Positions 1 through 15,030 of a stretch of 64,000 nt of DNA are shown piece by piece. The stretch lies in the NCBI GenBank assembly GCA_016874845.1, contig VGSZ01000002.1, positions 7,038-71,037 on the forward strand, read 5' to 3'. The notes below the pieces were generated by a model that did no database searches, was not told the origin of the DNA, and saw only the letters and a program-made list of their open reading frames with translations. Position 1 is the first letter of the stretch, and every line of letters starts with the position of its first letter. Both the position numbers and the translations under genes were made by a program. The DNA comes from Deltaproteobacteria bacterium. Its GTDB lineage: Bacteria; Myxococcota; UBA727; VGSZ01.

Positions 1-350
1 CCATTGGACAGGTGCAAGAGCACGAACGACGCCGGCCCGACGTGCACGGTGTCCATCGCGCCGAGGGTCACCTCGGCGACGAGGGGCTCGGCGCCTCGAC
101 CGCCGCGGTCGACGGTGACGGTGCCCTCGACGTGGAGCACCTGGGCGGTGCGCTCGATGGGCGCCACGTCCGACGTGCAGGCGACGAGCGGGGTGACGAG
201 CGGGGTGACGAGCGGGGCGACGACGGCGACCACAGCGACAACGACGACGCGCCCGAGGGCGACGAAGCGGCGGGCGACGAAGCGGCGGGCGACGAAGCGG
301 CGGGCGACGAGGCGCGCGAGCAGGGACGCAGGCAGCGGCGACGGCGTCAT
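1..350 (-). CDS. FecR-domain membrane protein, N-terminal part (3' end runs off the window)
   Basis: Minus-strand ATG at 350 (MTPSPLPASLLARLVA(RRFVA)x3...). A hydrophobic segment is followed by ..VEGTVTVDRGG..LGAMDTVHVGPASFVLLHLSNG, which resembles a FecR domain. It is absent from the ORF track because it has no stop inside the window. It starts 33 nt downstream of the WYL gene on the same strand. Confidence 0.45.
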   Translation of the reverse strand, partial: MTPSPLPASLLARLVARRFVARRFVARRFVALGRVVVVAVVAVVAPLVTPLVTPLVACTSDVAPIERTAQVLHVEGTVTVDRGGRGAEPLVAEVTLGAMDTVHVGPASFVLLHLSN

Positions 351-382
351 CGGGGCTCCGCGAGACCGGGGTTCAGCGAGGG

Positions 383-1378
383 TCAGGGGTCATAGCGGTG
401 GGCGGCGGCGCGCACGCTGCCGGCGATGGCGTCGCGCAGCGCGCGGGGCCTCTTCACCTCGACGGCCTCGCCGAAGCTGAGCAGCCACGAGCGCAGGACT
501 CGGGTGTCGGGCACGGTGGCGGTCACCGTGGTGGCGTCGCCGTCGACCTTGACCACCTGATCCTTCGCCAGCGGCGCCTCGAGCACCGAGCGGCCGGCGG
601 CGCCGAAGAACACGAGCTCGAGGCGGATGGGGTCGGCGGCGAGGCGCCACTCGATCTCGCCGGCGGCGAGGTGCGCGTCGAGCTGGAAGCCGTCGGGCGC
701 GCGGCGGGCCTTGTCGTCGCCGAGGGACGCGTGGGTCATGCGGTGCAGCGCGTACTGCCGCACGTCGTGGAATTCGCCGTTCATCGCGAGCACGTAGGCC
801 ACCGAGTCGCGCCAGACGAAGCCGAGCGGGTGCAGCGCGTACTCCTTCGCCGTGTCGCCGGCGGCGCGGCGGTAGCGGACGCGCAGCGTGCGGTCCTCGA
901 TCATGGCGGCCTGCACGGCGGCGAGCACCTCGACGTCGACGCGCGGCGCCGACTGCGGCTGCGAGCGCTGGACGACCCGCACGCGGTCGAGCCACCGACG
1001 CGCCGGCGCACCCTCGACGAGCTTGCGCGCCGCGTCGAGCTGCGGCTTCAGCGCGAGCCACGTCGCCTGCGGCACCAGCGACGACAGGTGCTTCTCGAGG
1101 GTCAACAGCGCGAGCGCCTCGGGCTGGCCGAGGCCGGGCAGGCCGCTGACCTTGGCCTTCGCCGAGAAGCGCCACTGAAAGGGCTTGCTGTCGCCGATGC
1201 GCTCGAGGCCCAGGGCCTCGGCCTCGAGCTTATTCAGGTCGCGCTGCACGGTGCGCGGCGTGACGTTGAAGCCCTCGGCGGACAGCTGCCGCACCAGCGC
1301 CGAGGTGTCGGTGCGCCGCGGGTACGGCGGGATCAGCTGCAGGATGCGGAACAGGCGGGCGAAGCTCGACTCGGACAT
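383..1378 (-). CDS. WYL-domain transcriptional regulator (HTH + WYL)
   Basis: 331-aa ORF. It has an N-terminal HTH (TSALVRQLSAEGFNVTPRTVQRDLNKLE) and a central WYL-like beta domain (RVRYRRAAGDTAKEYALHPLGFVWRDSVAYVLA), followed by a C-terminal extension. Confidence 0.8.
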   Translation of the reverse strand: MSESSFARLFRILQLIPPYPRRTDTSALVRQLSAEGFNVTPRTVQRDLNKLEAEALGLERIGDSKPFQWRFSAKAKVSGLPGLGQPEALALLTLEKHLSSLVPQATWLALKPQLDAARKLVEGAPARRWLDRVRVVQRSQPQSAPRVDVEVLAAVQAAMIEDRTLRVRYRRAAGDTAKEYALHPLGFVWRDSVAYVLAMNGEFHDVRQYALHRMTHASLGDDKARRAPDGFQLDAHLAAGEIEWRLAADPIRLELVFFGAAGRSVLEAPLAKDQVVKVDGDATTVTATVPDTRVLRSWLLSFGEAVEVKRPRALRDAIAGSVRAAAHRYDP

Positions 1379-1516
1379 GCGGGGTGCGACGATATCCGTC
1401 GCACCCCGGGGCCGGCAAACCGCGCCGCCGCGCTCGTCGGCGCGGGCTCGTGCAGGGCACGGCGCCCGCCCGCGAGCGACGACGGTGCGGCCGGACGGCC
1501 CGCGCGGCTGTCGCCG

Positions 1517-2197
1517 TCACTCCTGATCGTCGCCGTCGCCGGTGCCGTCGCCAGCGCCGCGACCGCCGCCGCGCTGCTCGCGGCGGGCCTGCGCGATCAG
1601 GCGGCGGGCGTCCTTCATGACGTCGGGCCACGCCACCACGAGCTTCGCCTGCTCGAGGGGCGTCAGGAACTTCGCGGTGTCGTCGAGCAAGGCCTGCAGC
1701 TGCTCCTCGCGGTCGCTCTGGTCGACGACGGCCTTGACCTGGGCCTTCAGCGCCGCGTCGGCGGCCTTGCTCTGCACGAGGTCGCGCAGCTTCTGCAGCT
1801 CGGCGTGCTTCTTGTCGCGCGTGGCCTGCCGGCGGTCCATCTGGGCCTTGATCGCGCTGCCGAGCTGCAGCGCCTTCTGCTCGTCGAGGCCGGCGCGCGA
1901 CGACAGCTCGACGGTCAGGTAGGTCTGGATCTTCTGCTGCACGCGCTCGCGCAGCGCGGCGCGCTCCTCGGGGGACAGCCGGCCCCCGCGCTCGCCGCGC
2001 TCGCCGCGCTCGCCGCGCTCCTTGCGCCCTTCGCCCTTGGCGAGGCGCTGGCCCCGGCCGTCGCCGTGGCGCTGCCGCCCGCGGTCCTGACCGGGGGCGC
2101 CGTCGTCACCGGCGACGGCCAGCGTGGGGACGGCGAGGGCGCCCACGACGGCGGCGACCAGCAGGTGACGAGCGAGGACGGACACACGGCGGGACAT
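1517..2197 (-). CDS. Periplasmic Spy/CpxP-like (LTxxQ-type) helical protein
   Basis: Signal peptide MSRRVSVLARHLLVAAVVGALAVPTLAVA, then a G/R/E low-complexity stretch (ERGERGERG), then a helical region with LSPEE../LTPLEQ motifs. It is the last gene of the ECF sigma operon. Confidence 0.55.
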   Translation of the reverse strand: MSRRVSVLARHLLVAAVVGALAVPTLAVAGDDGAPGQDRGRQRHGDGRGQRLAKGEGRKERGERGERGERGGRLSPEERAALRERVQQKIQTYLTVELSSRAGLDEQKALQLGSAIKAQMDRRQATRDKKHAELQKLRDLVQSKAADAALKAQVKAVVDQSDREEQLQALLDDTAKFLTPLEQAKLVVAWPDVMKDARRLIAQARREQRGGGRGAGDGTGDGDDQE

Positions 2198-2220
2198 GGG
2201 GACTCCTTGCGGACAGCAGG

Positions 2221-2721
2221 TCAGAGCTTCTGCGCCAGGGCGGCGTCGAAGGCGCGCTCGATGTCGTCGAGCTCACGATCCGACGACCCCTCGAGCCCGT
2301 CGAACGCAAAGCCCGCCGGATCGGCCGCCGCCGGACCGGCGAAGGCCAGCAGCGCGACGTCGTCGAGGTCGAAGGCGTCGGCCACGGCGTCGCCGCCCAC
2401 CGCGTCGAGGTCATCGTCGACCTCGGCGTCGATCGCGTCGCGGTCGAAGGCAGCGGCGCGGCCCTCGACGTCGGCAGCGACGACGACCGCGGCGGGCGGC
2501 GGGCGCGGCACCAGCGACGACGGCGCGTTCGGCGAGCGCGAAAAAACGAAGGCGAAGATCGCGCAGCCGACGCTGAGCGGCGCCAGCAGCGGCACGAGGG
2601 CGCGCAGACCGCCACGGCGACGCGCGACGTCGGCGGCCACCGCGCGGGCGAAGGCGGCGTCGGTGCGGCGCGGCGCGGCGTCGTCGCGCAGGGCGGGCAG
2701 GTCGTCGTCGGGCGTGGTCAT
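2221..2721 (-). CDS. Putative anti-sigma factor / single-pass membrane protein
   Basis: 166-aa ORF with one TM segment (LVPLLAPLSVGCAIFAFVF) and an acidic periplasmic tail. Its ATG overlaps the sigma-factor stop (ATGA). Confidence 0.55.
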   Translation of the reverse strand: MTTPDDDLPALRDDAAPRRTDAAFARAVAADVARRRGGLRALVPLLAPLSVGCAIFAFVFSRSPNAPSSLVPRPPPAAVVVAADVEGRAAAFDRDAIDAEVDDDLDAVGGDAVADAFDLDDVALLAFAGPAAADPAGFAFDGLEGSSDRELDDIERAFDAALAQKL

Positions 2722-3449
2722 CGGGGCGCTCCGGTCGCGGGGGCAGCGGTCGCGGGGGCAGCGGTCGCGGGGGCAGCGGCGTCGACGGGGTCGGCGACGA
2801 GGGCCTGCAGCTTCTTCTTCGCCAGCGAGAACGTCATGCGGGCGTTCGCCTCGGTGATCTCAAGCGTCGCCGCCACCGCCGCGAAGTCGAGCCCGGCCAC
2901 CGCCCGCAGCTGCATGACGTCGCGCTGCCGCTCGGGCAGCGTCGGCAACGCCGCCCGCAGGCGACGACGCTGCTCGTCGTCGAGGAGCCGCTCGTCGGGC
3001 CGGGGCGGCGCGCTGGCGACGGCGCCGCGGGCGCCCAGGTCGCTCGGCGGCGCCTGCGCCACGATCGCAGCGCGTCGACGACCGTCGCGGCGGCGGTTCT
3101 TCGCCAGGTTCAGCGCGATGCGCGTCATCCAGCCGCCGACGCTGCCGGTGCCGAGGAAGAGGAGGCGCCGCGTCACCGCGCGCACCAGCGCCTCCTGCGC
3201 GACGTCGTCGGCGTCGTCGGCGTCGCGCAGCACCGCCAGCGCCACCCGGAACAGCCGCGGCCGCATCGCGCGGCACAGCGCGTCCAGCGCCGCTCCGTCG
3301 CCGTCGCGGGCCCGGTCGAACAGCGCCCGCAGCGCGCGATCGTCGGGCGCCGCGCCCTCGGTCTGCGGGGCGACGGCAGGGACGGCGGCGTCGGCGGGCG
3401 CGGTCACGAGCAACACGGCACCACGACCCGCCAGCAGCGGCGGAGGCAA
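2718..3449 (-). CDS. ECF (sigma-70 family) RNA polymerase sigma factor
   Basis: Region 2 (DADDVAQEALVRAV..., GSVGGWMTRIALNLAKN) and region 4 (LPERQRDVMQLRAVAGLDFAAVAATLEITEANARMTFSLAKKKL). The longest start is a TTG; GTG alternatives lie 11-14 codons in. The C-terminus carries an (AAPAT)x3 repeat. Confidence 0.85.
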   Translation of the reverse strand: MPPPLLAGRGAVLLVTAPADAAVPAVAPQTEGAAPDDRALRALFDRARDGDGAALDALCRAMRPRLFRVALAVLRDADDADDVAQEALVRAVTRRLLFLGTGSVGGWMTRIALNLAKNRRRDGRRRAAIVAQAPPSDLGARGAVASAPPRPDERLLDDEQRRRLRAALPTLPERQRDVMQLRAVAGLDFAAVAATLEITEANARMTFSLAKKKLQALVADPVDAAAPATAAPATAAPATGAPR

Positions 3450-3480
3450 AGCGAGGATCTGGCGACGGCGCCGACCACGC

Positions 3481-4943
3481 TCACACCAGCAGGTCGTCGA
3501 GGCCGCCGGTCAGATCGACCCGCTCGCCCTCGGTGGTGAACAGCTCGCGGCCGCCGACCGACGACAACGGCGCCCCCACCGCCTGCGCCAGCGTGACCAG
3601 CAGCTGCTGGTGCGGCCGGCCGACCAGCCGCGTGACGCCCGGCCAGGTCGGGTTCGGGTTCGGGTTTCTCGTCTGCGGCACGTAGCGCAGGTAGCGCCCC
3701 GTGCGCAGCGCGCCGCCGGCGCCGCCGGCGACGAACGCCGGCCAGACGTTGAACTTGTGCGTGCCGGTGGCGAGCTCGCTGCACCACAGGACGGCGCAGT
3801 GGTCGAGCAGCGTGCCGTTGCCCTCGGGCACGGCGTCGAGAGCCTCGAGCAGGCGGGCGAAGTGGCCGGCGTGGACCTCGCCGTAGCGGCTCATCACCTC
3901 GATGGCCTGCGAATTGGTCTCGGAGTTGTGGGCGAAGTCGGCGTGGACGTCGCCGGCGATGCCCAAGTGGTCGTTGCGCAGCTGCGACAGCTGGAGCGTG
4001 ACGACGCGGGTCAGGTCGCAGGCCAGCGCCGCCGCGGTGATGTCGACGAAGGCGTCGAAGCGGCTCTCGTAGAAATCCAGGCGCGAGAAGTCGTCGACGA
4101 CGCGCGGCTCGTTGGGCCGACGGCACTGCAGGTCCTGCAGCTCGCCCACGCGCCGCTCGGCCTGCCGCACGAGATCGCGGTGCAGCGCGAGCTTGGCGCG
4201 ATCCTCGCCCGACAGCCGCGGCAGCAGCGCGTCGTATTGGTCGGCGACGAGGTCGAGCACCGAGCCCTGCGCGGCGCGCACCCGATCCGACGTCGACAGC
4301 CCGCCGCCGTCGTCGACGGGCGGGAACAGCCGGGCGAAGGCGGCCAACGGGTTGCCGTCGGGAGGCAGCGGCTGCCCGGCGTCGCGCCAGACGGCGCCGC
4401 CGTTGGTGGCGCCGGTGACAGCGAGGGTCAACGACGGCAGGCGCCCGTCGGCGGCGATGGCGCGGGACACGAGCTGGTCGATGGACGGGCCGCCGGCGAA
4501 GGTGCCGCTGTCGGTGCGCAGGATCGGGGCGCCGGTGAGCGCGTGGCGCGTGCCCTTGTCGTGCTCGTTGAAGACGACGTCGCCCTCGGCCGACACCATG
4601 GCGAGGCCGTCGACGACGCTCAGCTTGTCGCGCATCTCGGCCAGCGGCAGCAGCACCCGCGACAGCGACGCGTGGTCGAGGTCGGCCAGCGACACGTCGA
4701 AGTCGGCGTCTTCGCGCGTGCCCGGCGGCCGCACCTTGACGCTGTCGTAGACGAAGCCGTGCTGCGTGAACAGCACGACGAGCCGCCGCGGCGGCGCCGG
4801 CTGCGCCCGCGCCTTCGGCGACCACAACGACGGCAGGAACAGCGTGCCCGACGCGAGCCCGGCGGCCTGCAGGAACCGTCGACGGCGCAGCCGCAACGAC
4901 GGTGACCGCAGCGGCGCGGTCGACGGGGACGACGACGAACGGG

Positions 4944-4947
<4 letters not shown>
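3481..4947 (-). CDS. DUF1552 family protein with twin-arginine signal
   Basis: The GTG start at 4947 overlaps the upstream stop (GTGA). Tat-like N-terminus RLRRRRFLQAAGLASGTLFLPSL. The rest resembles the DUF1552 family that is normally paired with DUF1592-type proteins. Confidence 0.8.
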
Positions 4948-6635
<1,688 letters not shown>

Positions 6636-6760
6636 GCGGAGAAACGTAGCGACGACGGGGCGGTGGGCGCCAGCGGCCCCGCGACCGTCCGTCGACCGTC
6701 TGTCGACCAGCCGTCGACCGAACGGCGCGCCGCGGCTGCCGCTGGGCGCGGCGCGACGCT

Positions 6761-7105
6761 TCAGAGCGACAGCGTGACGCCGGCGCGGGCCTGCACCAGC
6801 CGGGTGACGGTGGCGAACAGCTCGTCGTCGTTGCGCTTGTCCCGCCAGCGCGCGCCGTCGTAGCGGAAGTGCCAGGCCTGCCGCTCGGCGGCGAGCCACA
6901 CCTCGCGCACCGGGCGCTGCATGTTGAGCACGAACGGCAGCCCCGTCGGAAACGCGATCTTCACGACGTCGGCCTCGGGCACGCACTCGACGACGTCGGG
7001 GTCCTGCGCGTCGAGGGCGCGGCGCACGGCGGCCACCGCCTCGCCCGCCAGCGCGCGGAACGTCGCCTCGTCCATCGTGTCGCTGGTGGTCTTCGTCGTC
7101 GTCAT
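6761..7105 (-). CDS. cyaY: Frataxin-like iron donor CyaY
   Basis: 114 aa. The sequence ..DVVKIAFPTGLPFVLNMQRPVREVWLAAERQAWHFRYDGARWRDKRNDDELFATVTRLV matches the CyaY pattern (..INRQEPLHQVWLA..GGYHF..). It is embedded in a long spurious ORF of the track. Confidence 0.85.
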   Translation of the reverse strand: MTTTKTTSDTMDEATFRALAGEAVAAVRRALDAQDPDVVECVPEADVVKIAFPTGLPFVLNMQRPVREVWLAAERQAWHFRYDGARWRDKRNDDELFATVTRLVQARAGVTLSL

Positions 7106-7258
7106 CGCGGCCCTCGTCGTCGACGGCGCGTGCGCCGTGCACGGCAATCTGGCGTCGTCGTCGCCGCTGTCAAGCGATCTGCCGCTGCCGGCACCCCCGC
7201 CGGTCGCCCGCCCGCCGCAGTCGACACGCCCCCGCGCCCTCTGGGATGCTCCGCAGCG

Positions 7259-11218
<3,960 letters not shown>

Positions 11219-11585
11219 CAGGGCGTTGTTGGTTTGACGCGCGTCGACTCAAGCGCCCTGCGTATGGATATAATCCTAAATTGCGGGCGAAGAGTAATTC
11301 ATTGTTTCCTATGGTGATTGTTGGATGACGTTTCGCGGTGGTCCGCGTGCGCGCGACGAACTCGAACGAAGCCGCGGTCGGTGGTCGAGGACCTTCCGTT
11401 CGACAAGGTCCTCGCCGACGATGTCAGCGCGGTCTGTCCACGCTGTGGTCGGCGGCTGACGCCGCCATCGGCGCCGTCGCCCTCATCGGCTGACGAGGCC
11501 CGACGCCGGCAAGCTCGGCCTCGCGTTGGCGCTCCGCCGCCTCGGTATCGCTGGCGAACGCACCGCTTTGGACATCAAACCGAGC

Positions 11586-11688
11586 ATGAGCAGCGTCTCC
11601 GACTTCAACGCGCACAAGAGCTCGGTCCTGCACGAGCTCGAGCCGTTCCGCGAAGGCGTGGACGCGGAGCGCCTTGCCCCCATGCCGG
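11586..11688 (+). pseudogene. 5' part of a hypothetical gene interrupted by the 5.5-kb tail-module fragment
   Basis: ORF frame 11526 reads MSSVSDFNAHKSSVLHELEPFREGVDAERLAPMP and stops being protein-like at the GCCGG junction (11684-11688). It continues in frame at 17202 (see findings). Confidence 0.4.
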
Positions 11689-12450
11689 CCGGCGGGTCGA
11701 GGATCGCGAAGACGAGCCCCTCTCGAACGCTCTCGCAGTAGGTGACCATCGCGTTGTGAACAGCGGCGGTGGCGCGCCCCGGGACGAGCAGCAAGCTCAG
11801 GTCCTGAACGGCGTCGAGCGCACGAATGCCGGTCTTGGCGATCTCGGAGCCGATGAAGTCGCCGTCCTGCAGTCCGACCAGCCCATCGTTGCCGCCGGTG
11901 AGTCCGACGGTTTGCACGTTGAGTCCGGGCGATCCCGGGACGGCCTGGTCGACCACGCGTACGAGGGCCGAGCCACCGCGCGAGGCGTTGACGATGGTCT
12001 CGACGAAGCGCGCGCTGGTCCGTGACATCGACAGGTCGGCGAAGACCTCGCGGTAGGCACCGTCCTCGATGACCGCGAGGTCGAAGGTCCCCGGATCGCC
12101 GCTGGTCGGCGCGCGGACCTCGACCTCCAGCCGGTTCGCGTAGCTGCCCGGGTCCTTGCCCTCGACGCGGAGCGCGTTGACGACGCCGCCCGAGCTGCCC
12201 GTGTGCACGACGTTGTCGAGGCCGAGGCGCTCGTCGAGCGATGACGCGGCGAGCACCTGGAGGCTCGCGCCTGCGCCCGTTGCGACGGTGCGAAGCCGCA
12301 GAGCGCCATCCACGACGGCGGCGACGACGCCGGGCGCCGCGGACATCACGATGCTCGCGATCTCGGCGGCGGTGACCTCCGCGGCGAGGCCGACGTTGCC
12401 CGAGCCAAGCGCGGTGGACGTCGGGAATGCGAGCACGGTGTTGGCGTCGC
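11684..12450 (-). pseudogene. Contractile tail sheath protein, internal/N-proximal fragment
   Basis: ..VEGKDPGSYANRLEVEV..FDLAVIEDGAYREVFADLSM..FIGSEIAKTGIRALDAVQDLSLLLVPG..VTYCESVREGLVFAILDPPAG is typical of phage/eCIS sheath proteins. The first ~100 aa are missing (replaced by the IS630 remnant). The frame degenerates after DPPAG. Confidence 0.7.
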
Positions 12451-13010
12451 CGCCTCCAGGGCCTCCAGGAAGTCGCTGAACTCCACCTGCCGCTTCCGGT
12501 CGTAGCACCGCCCCGACACCGCCCCGGTGCGCGTGTTGAAGGCCGCGAGTAGCTTGAGCGCTCCGACCCGGCGCTACTCGTGCTCACCGCGCATCGGTCG
12601 GCCCGGCGCCGCGGGCGTGGTCGGTGAGACCCGCGGGTGCGGCCAGAGTGAGGTCTTATCGTCGACGCACAGGACCGCTTCGTGGGGCTGGAGGGGGCGC
12701 GTGGAGAGACCGCAGATCGTCTCGACCTGCGCAAGGAAGGCCTTGTCGCGCTCCACCTTGGGGCTCATCCACCGGCGCACCCGCCAGGGCTTAAGCTCGT
12801 GGTGCACGAGCATGCGCCGAACCGTCTTCGCGCGGATGGCGTGCGAATCAACTCACGCGCGAGCTCCAGACAGTCCCAGGTGGAGCGCGAGCGACCGCGC
12901 AGCTCAGGTTGCTCGCGCGCGATCTTGACGATCGCGAGCGCGACCCCCGGGGGAAAAGCGGCGGTCGGCGCAAGGCGCGCGTCCCCGCGTCCAACCATTA
13001 CGTTCGAGAG
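12451..13010 (-). mobile_element. IS630-family transposase remnant (pseudogene)
   Basis: HTH part ..FPPGVALAIVKIAREQPELRGRSRSTWDCLELAREL, then in another frame ..RRMLVHHELKPWRVRRW..DKAFLAQVETICGL.., ..VLCVDDKTSL.., GEHE*RRVGALKLLAAFNTRTGAVSG. There is an in-frame TAG at 12574-12576 and at least one frameshift near 12800. Both ends are truncated. Confidence 0.65.
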
Positions 13011-13016
13011 GATTCC

Positions 13017-13418
13017 ATGAGCAACCGCAAGACCGCCGCTGGCAAGATTCAGGTGAAGACCTGAGAGTCGCTCCCCTTTGACACGAGCGTGGGCCCCTCG
13101 CTCAACGAGCTCCGCGTGACTGAGGACTTCGTTGGTGACCTCGCCGGCGAGGGGGCGGCGCGCATGCTCCAGACCCTCCGCGCCGACGGGTCGGCGTACT
13201 TCGTCGCCGTCGAGCGGGTCACCGCGACCCTCGACGGACGCGCGGGCAGCTTCGTGCTGCAGGACGAGGGGAGCCTCGTGGGCAACCGCGTGAAGGGCAC
13301 CTGGTTCGTGGTGCCGGGCTCTGCCACGGGCGACCTCGCGGGGCTCCGCGGCGAGGGCGGCTTCGAGGCCGAGCTTGGACAAAACGCGGACTACACTCTG
13401 TCCTACTGGTTCGAGTGA
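13017..13418 (+). pseudogene. DUF3224-family protein with in-frame TGA at codon 16
   Basis: MSNRKTAAGKIQVKT*ESLPFDTSVGPSLNELRVTEDFVGDLAGEG..GSFVLQDEG..VVPGSATGDLAGLRGEGGF..YTLSYWFE. The TGA at 13062-13064 sits where I expect a Trp in this family. Confidence 0.6.
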
Positions 13419-13419
13419 C

Positions 13420-13965
13420 ATGACCCTCGACCCCGCGGTGACGGTGCTGGTGACGCGTGCCGTCCGTGCGGGGTGCGAGGCCAACTACGAAGACTGGGCG
13501 CGCAGGGTGGCCGACGCGGCCCACGCCTTCCCCGGGCACCGGGGGCTCCACCTCGTCCGTCCGCGCGATGACTCGCGGGTCTACACGCTGGTGTTTCGCT
13601 TCGACACGGCGGAACAACTAGCGGCCTGGGAGGCCTCTCCCGAGCGGAGGCTCTGGGTCGAGCGCGCGGCGTCGCTCTGCACCGACGTGCGCGTCCAGCA
13701 GCTCACGGGGCTCGAGGGCTGGTTCGAGGCCCCGTCGCCGGGGCTCGCCCCACCGCCGCGGTGGAAGATGGCGGCCGTCACCGTCTCGGTGGCCTTCCCG
13801 ACGATCCAGACGCTCCAAGCGGTGCTGGGGCCGCCCCTCGCGCCCCTGCCAGCCCCCGTGCGCGGCGCGGTCGTCGGGCTCGCGATGGTGCTCTTCATGA
13901 CCTACGTCGGGCTGCCCTTCGTCACGCGTCGGCTCGCGGGCTGGCTCTACCCTACCCGCTCGTGA
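13420..13965 (+). CDS. ABM (antibiotic-biosynthesis-monooxygenase-like) domain protein with C-terminal membrane segments
   Basis: The ATG at 13420 lies 1 nt after the DUF3224 stop. ..VTVLVTRAVRAGCEANYEDWARRV..FPGHRGLHLVRP..YTLVFRFDTAEQLAAWEASPERRLW.., followed by two hydrophobic segments. Confidence 0.6.
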   Translation: MTLDPAVTVLVTRAVRAGCEANYEDWARRVADAAHAFPGHRGLHLVRPRDDSRVYTLVFRFDTAEQLAAWEASPERRLWVERAASLCTDVRVQQLTGLEGWFEAPSPGLAPPPRWKMAAVTVSVAFPTIQTLQAVLGPPLAPLPAPVRGAVVGLAMVLFMTYVGLPFVTRRLAGWLYPTRS

Positions 13966-14270
13966 CGAGGGCCCGCTCGGGCGCGTTCGCGGCGTCGAAG
14001 ACGGCCTCCCGCACCCACGCGTGCAGCGGGTCGTCGTTGAGTCTGGCGTGCCATGGCGCGAGGACGTCGCTGGCCGGCAGGGCCAGCGGCGGCGCGTAGG
14101 CGGCGAGGTCGAGCTGTCGGGCGAGGTGCCGCCCGGGCCGTCGCGGCAGCGTGAGGACGAGGTCGCTCTGCGCGACTGCGACCGCGGCAGCGATGAAGTA
14201 ACGGGTGCGGTAGGCGATTCGACGGGACCGGCCGAGGCCGTGGAGGGCGCGGTCGACGCCCGGGATGACG
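13952..14270 (-). pseudogene. LysR-family regulator, C-terminal fragment (fused in frame to the tape-measure fragment)
   Basis: ..GVDRALHGLGRSRRIAYRTRYFIAAAVAVAQSDLVLTLPRRPGRHLA..LPASDVLAPWHARLNDDPLHAWVREAV is the C-terminal part of a LysR substrate-binding domain. There is no HTH and no start of its own. Confidence 0.6.
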
Positions 14271-14829
14271 TTCTTCACGAGGCCAAGCGCGATGAGCGTT
14301 TCGGACAACGACTGGTGCAGCGCCTGGGCACCGCGGGAGGCTGTTCCGAGGGCCAGCGGGAGTTCGCTCGCGTTGAGGGCGAACACGTTCACCGCTTGGA
14401 GCATCCGGTCGACGGAGATCAAGGCCTCGTCGATGGAGATGCCGAACGCCTTCATCGCCTGGGACGCGAGGCCCGCCGCCTGTTGCGGAGAGAGCTCGCC
14501 GAGCGAGCCCGCGGCGAGGTCGAGCACCGGGATGAGGAGCCGCATCGACTCCTGCGCGCTGAAGCCTGCCGGGGAGAGTTCGCGCAGGCCGAGCGTCGCC
14601 TCCGTCGGCGAGAACTGGGTCGCGATGCCGGCGGCGATCGCGGCGTCGCGCAGTTGCTGGAGCTCGACCGCGGAAGCTCCCGACACCGCGGCCACCGCGG
14701 CGATCGCCTGCTCGAAGCGCCCAGCCGCGTCGGCTAGCGCGAAGCTGCCCGCGACGACCGCGCCATCTTCGCCGACGCGAGGTCCCGCGCGGTGAAGACG
14801 AAGCCGAGTCCGACGTTGTTGAGGGCCAT
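14271..14829 (-). pseudogene. Phage tail tape-measure protein, N-terminal fragment (frameshifted and truncated)
   Basis: ATG at 14829: MALNNVGLGFVFTARDLASAKM.., then a 1-nt frame change near 14764 into ..AVVAGSFALADAAGRFEQAIAAVAAVSGASAVELQQLRDAAIAAGIATQFSPTEATLGLRELSPAGFSAQES.. (TP901-type tape-measure core). It ends abruptly at the LysR junction. Confidence 0.6.
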
Positions 14830-14835
14830 GGGCGA

Positions 14836-15030
14836 CTACCTTCGTTTGCCTGCTTTCTCGATCTCGCGTGCCTCGCGTTCGCGCTGCCGCCCGATGCGTT
14901 CGAGCAGCCAGCCCCGGTCGGCGGTGGGGAGCTCGAGGGCCTCGCTCAGCGTCGCCCCGAGTCCGGAGCCGCCGTGCTGCTGCCAGCAGAGCTGGAATAG
15001 GCCCTCGCGCCAGTCATCGAGGCTCAGCAT
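14836..15030 (-). CDS. Small tail-module protein (position of a tail assembly chaperone; possibly DUF6760-like)
   Basis: Internal ATG at 15030 gives [54 protein letters not shown] (64 aa). It lies 7 nt upstream of the tape-measure start and overlaps the preceding gene by 7 nt. Confidence 0.4.
   Translation of the reverse strand: MLSLDDWREGLFQLCWQQHGGSGLGATLSEALELPTADRGWLLERIGRQREREAREIEKAGKRR

Noticed and set aside
11219-11585. The AT-richer stretch after the xdh stop (..gtatggatataatcctaaattgcgggcgaagagtaattcattgtttcc..), considered as a tRNA/att site, a promoter or a small gene (for example a CPRCG-containing frame).
   Set aside because: I could not fold any tRNA-like cloverleaf or find a T-loop consensus. 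The TTGAC-like and TATAAT-like hexamers are about 29 nt apart, which is too far for a sigma-70 promoter. None of the six frames gives a convincing protein before 11586. It is left unannotated, but it may be the true edge of the island.
13062-13064. The in-frame TGA in the DUF3224 gene, considered as possible selenocysteine or Trp recoding.
   Set aside because: There is no SECIS-like hairpin immediately downstream. The organism otherwise uses TGA as a stop throughout the window (many genes end in TGA, including coupled GTGA/ATGA overlaps). The gene also sits in a block full of other inactivating lesions. A nonsense mutation is the simpler reading.
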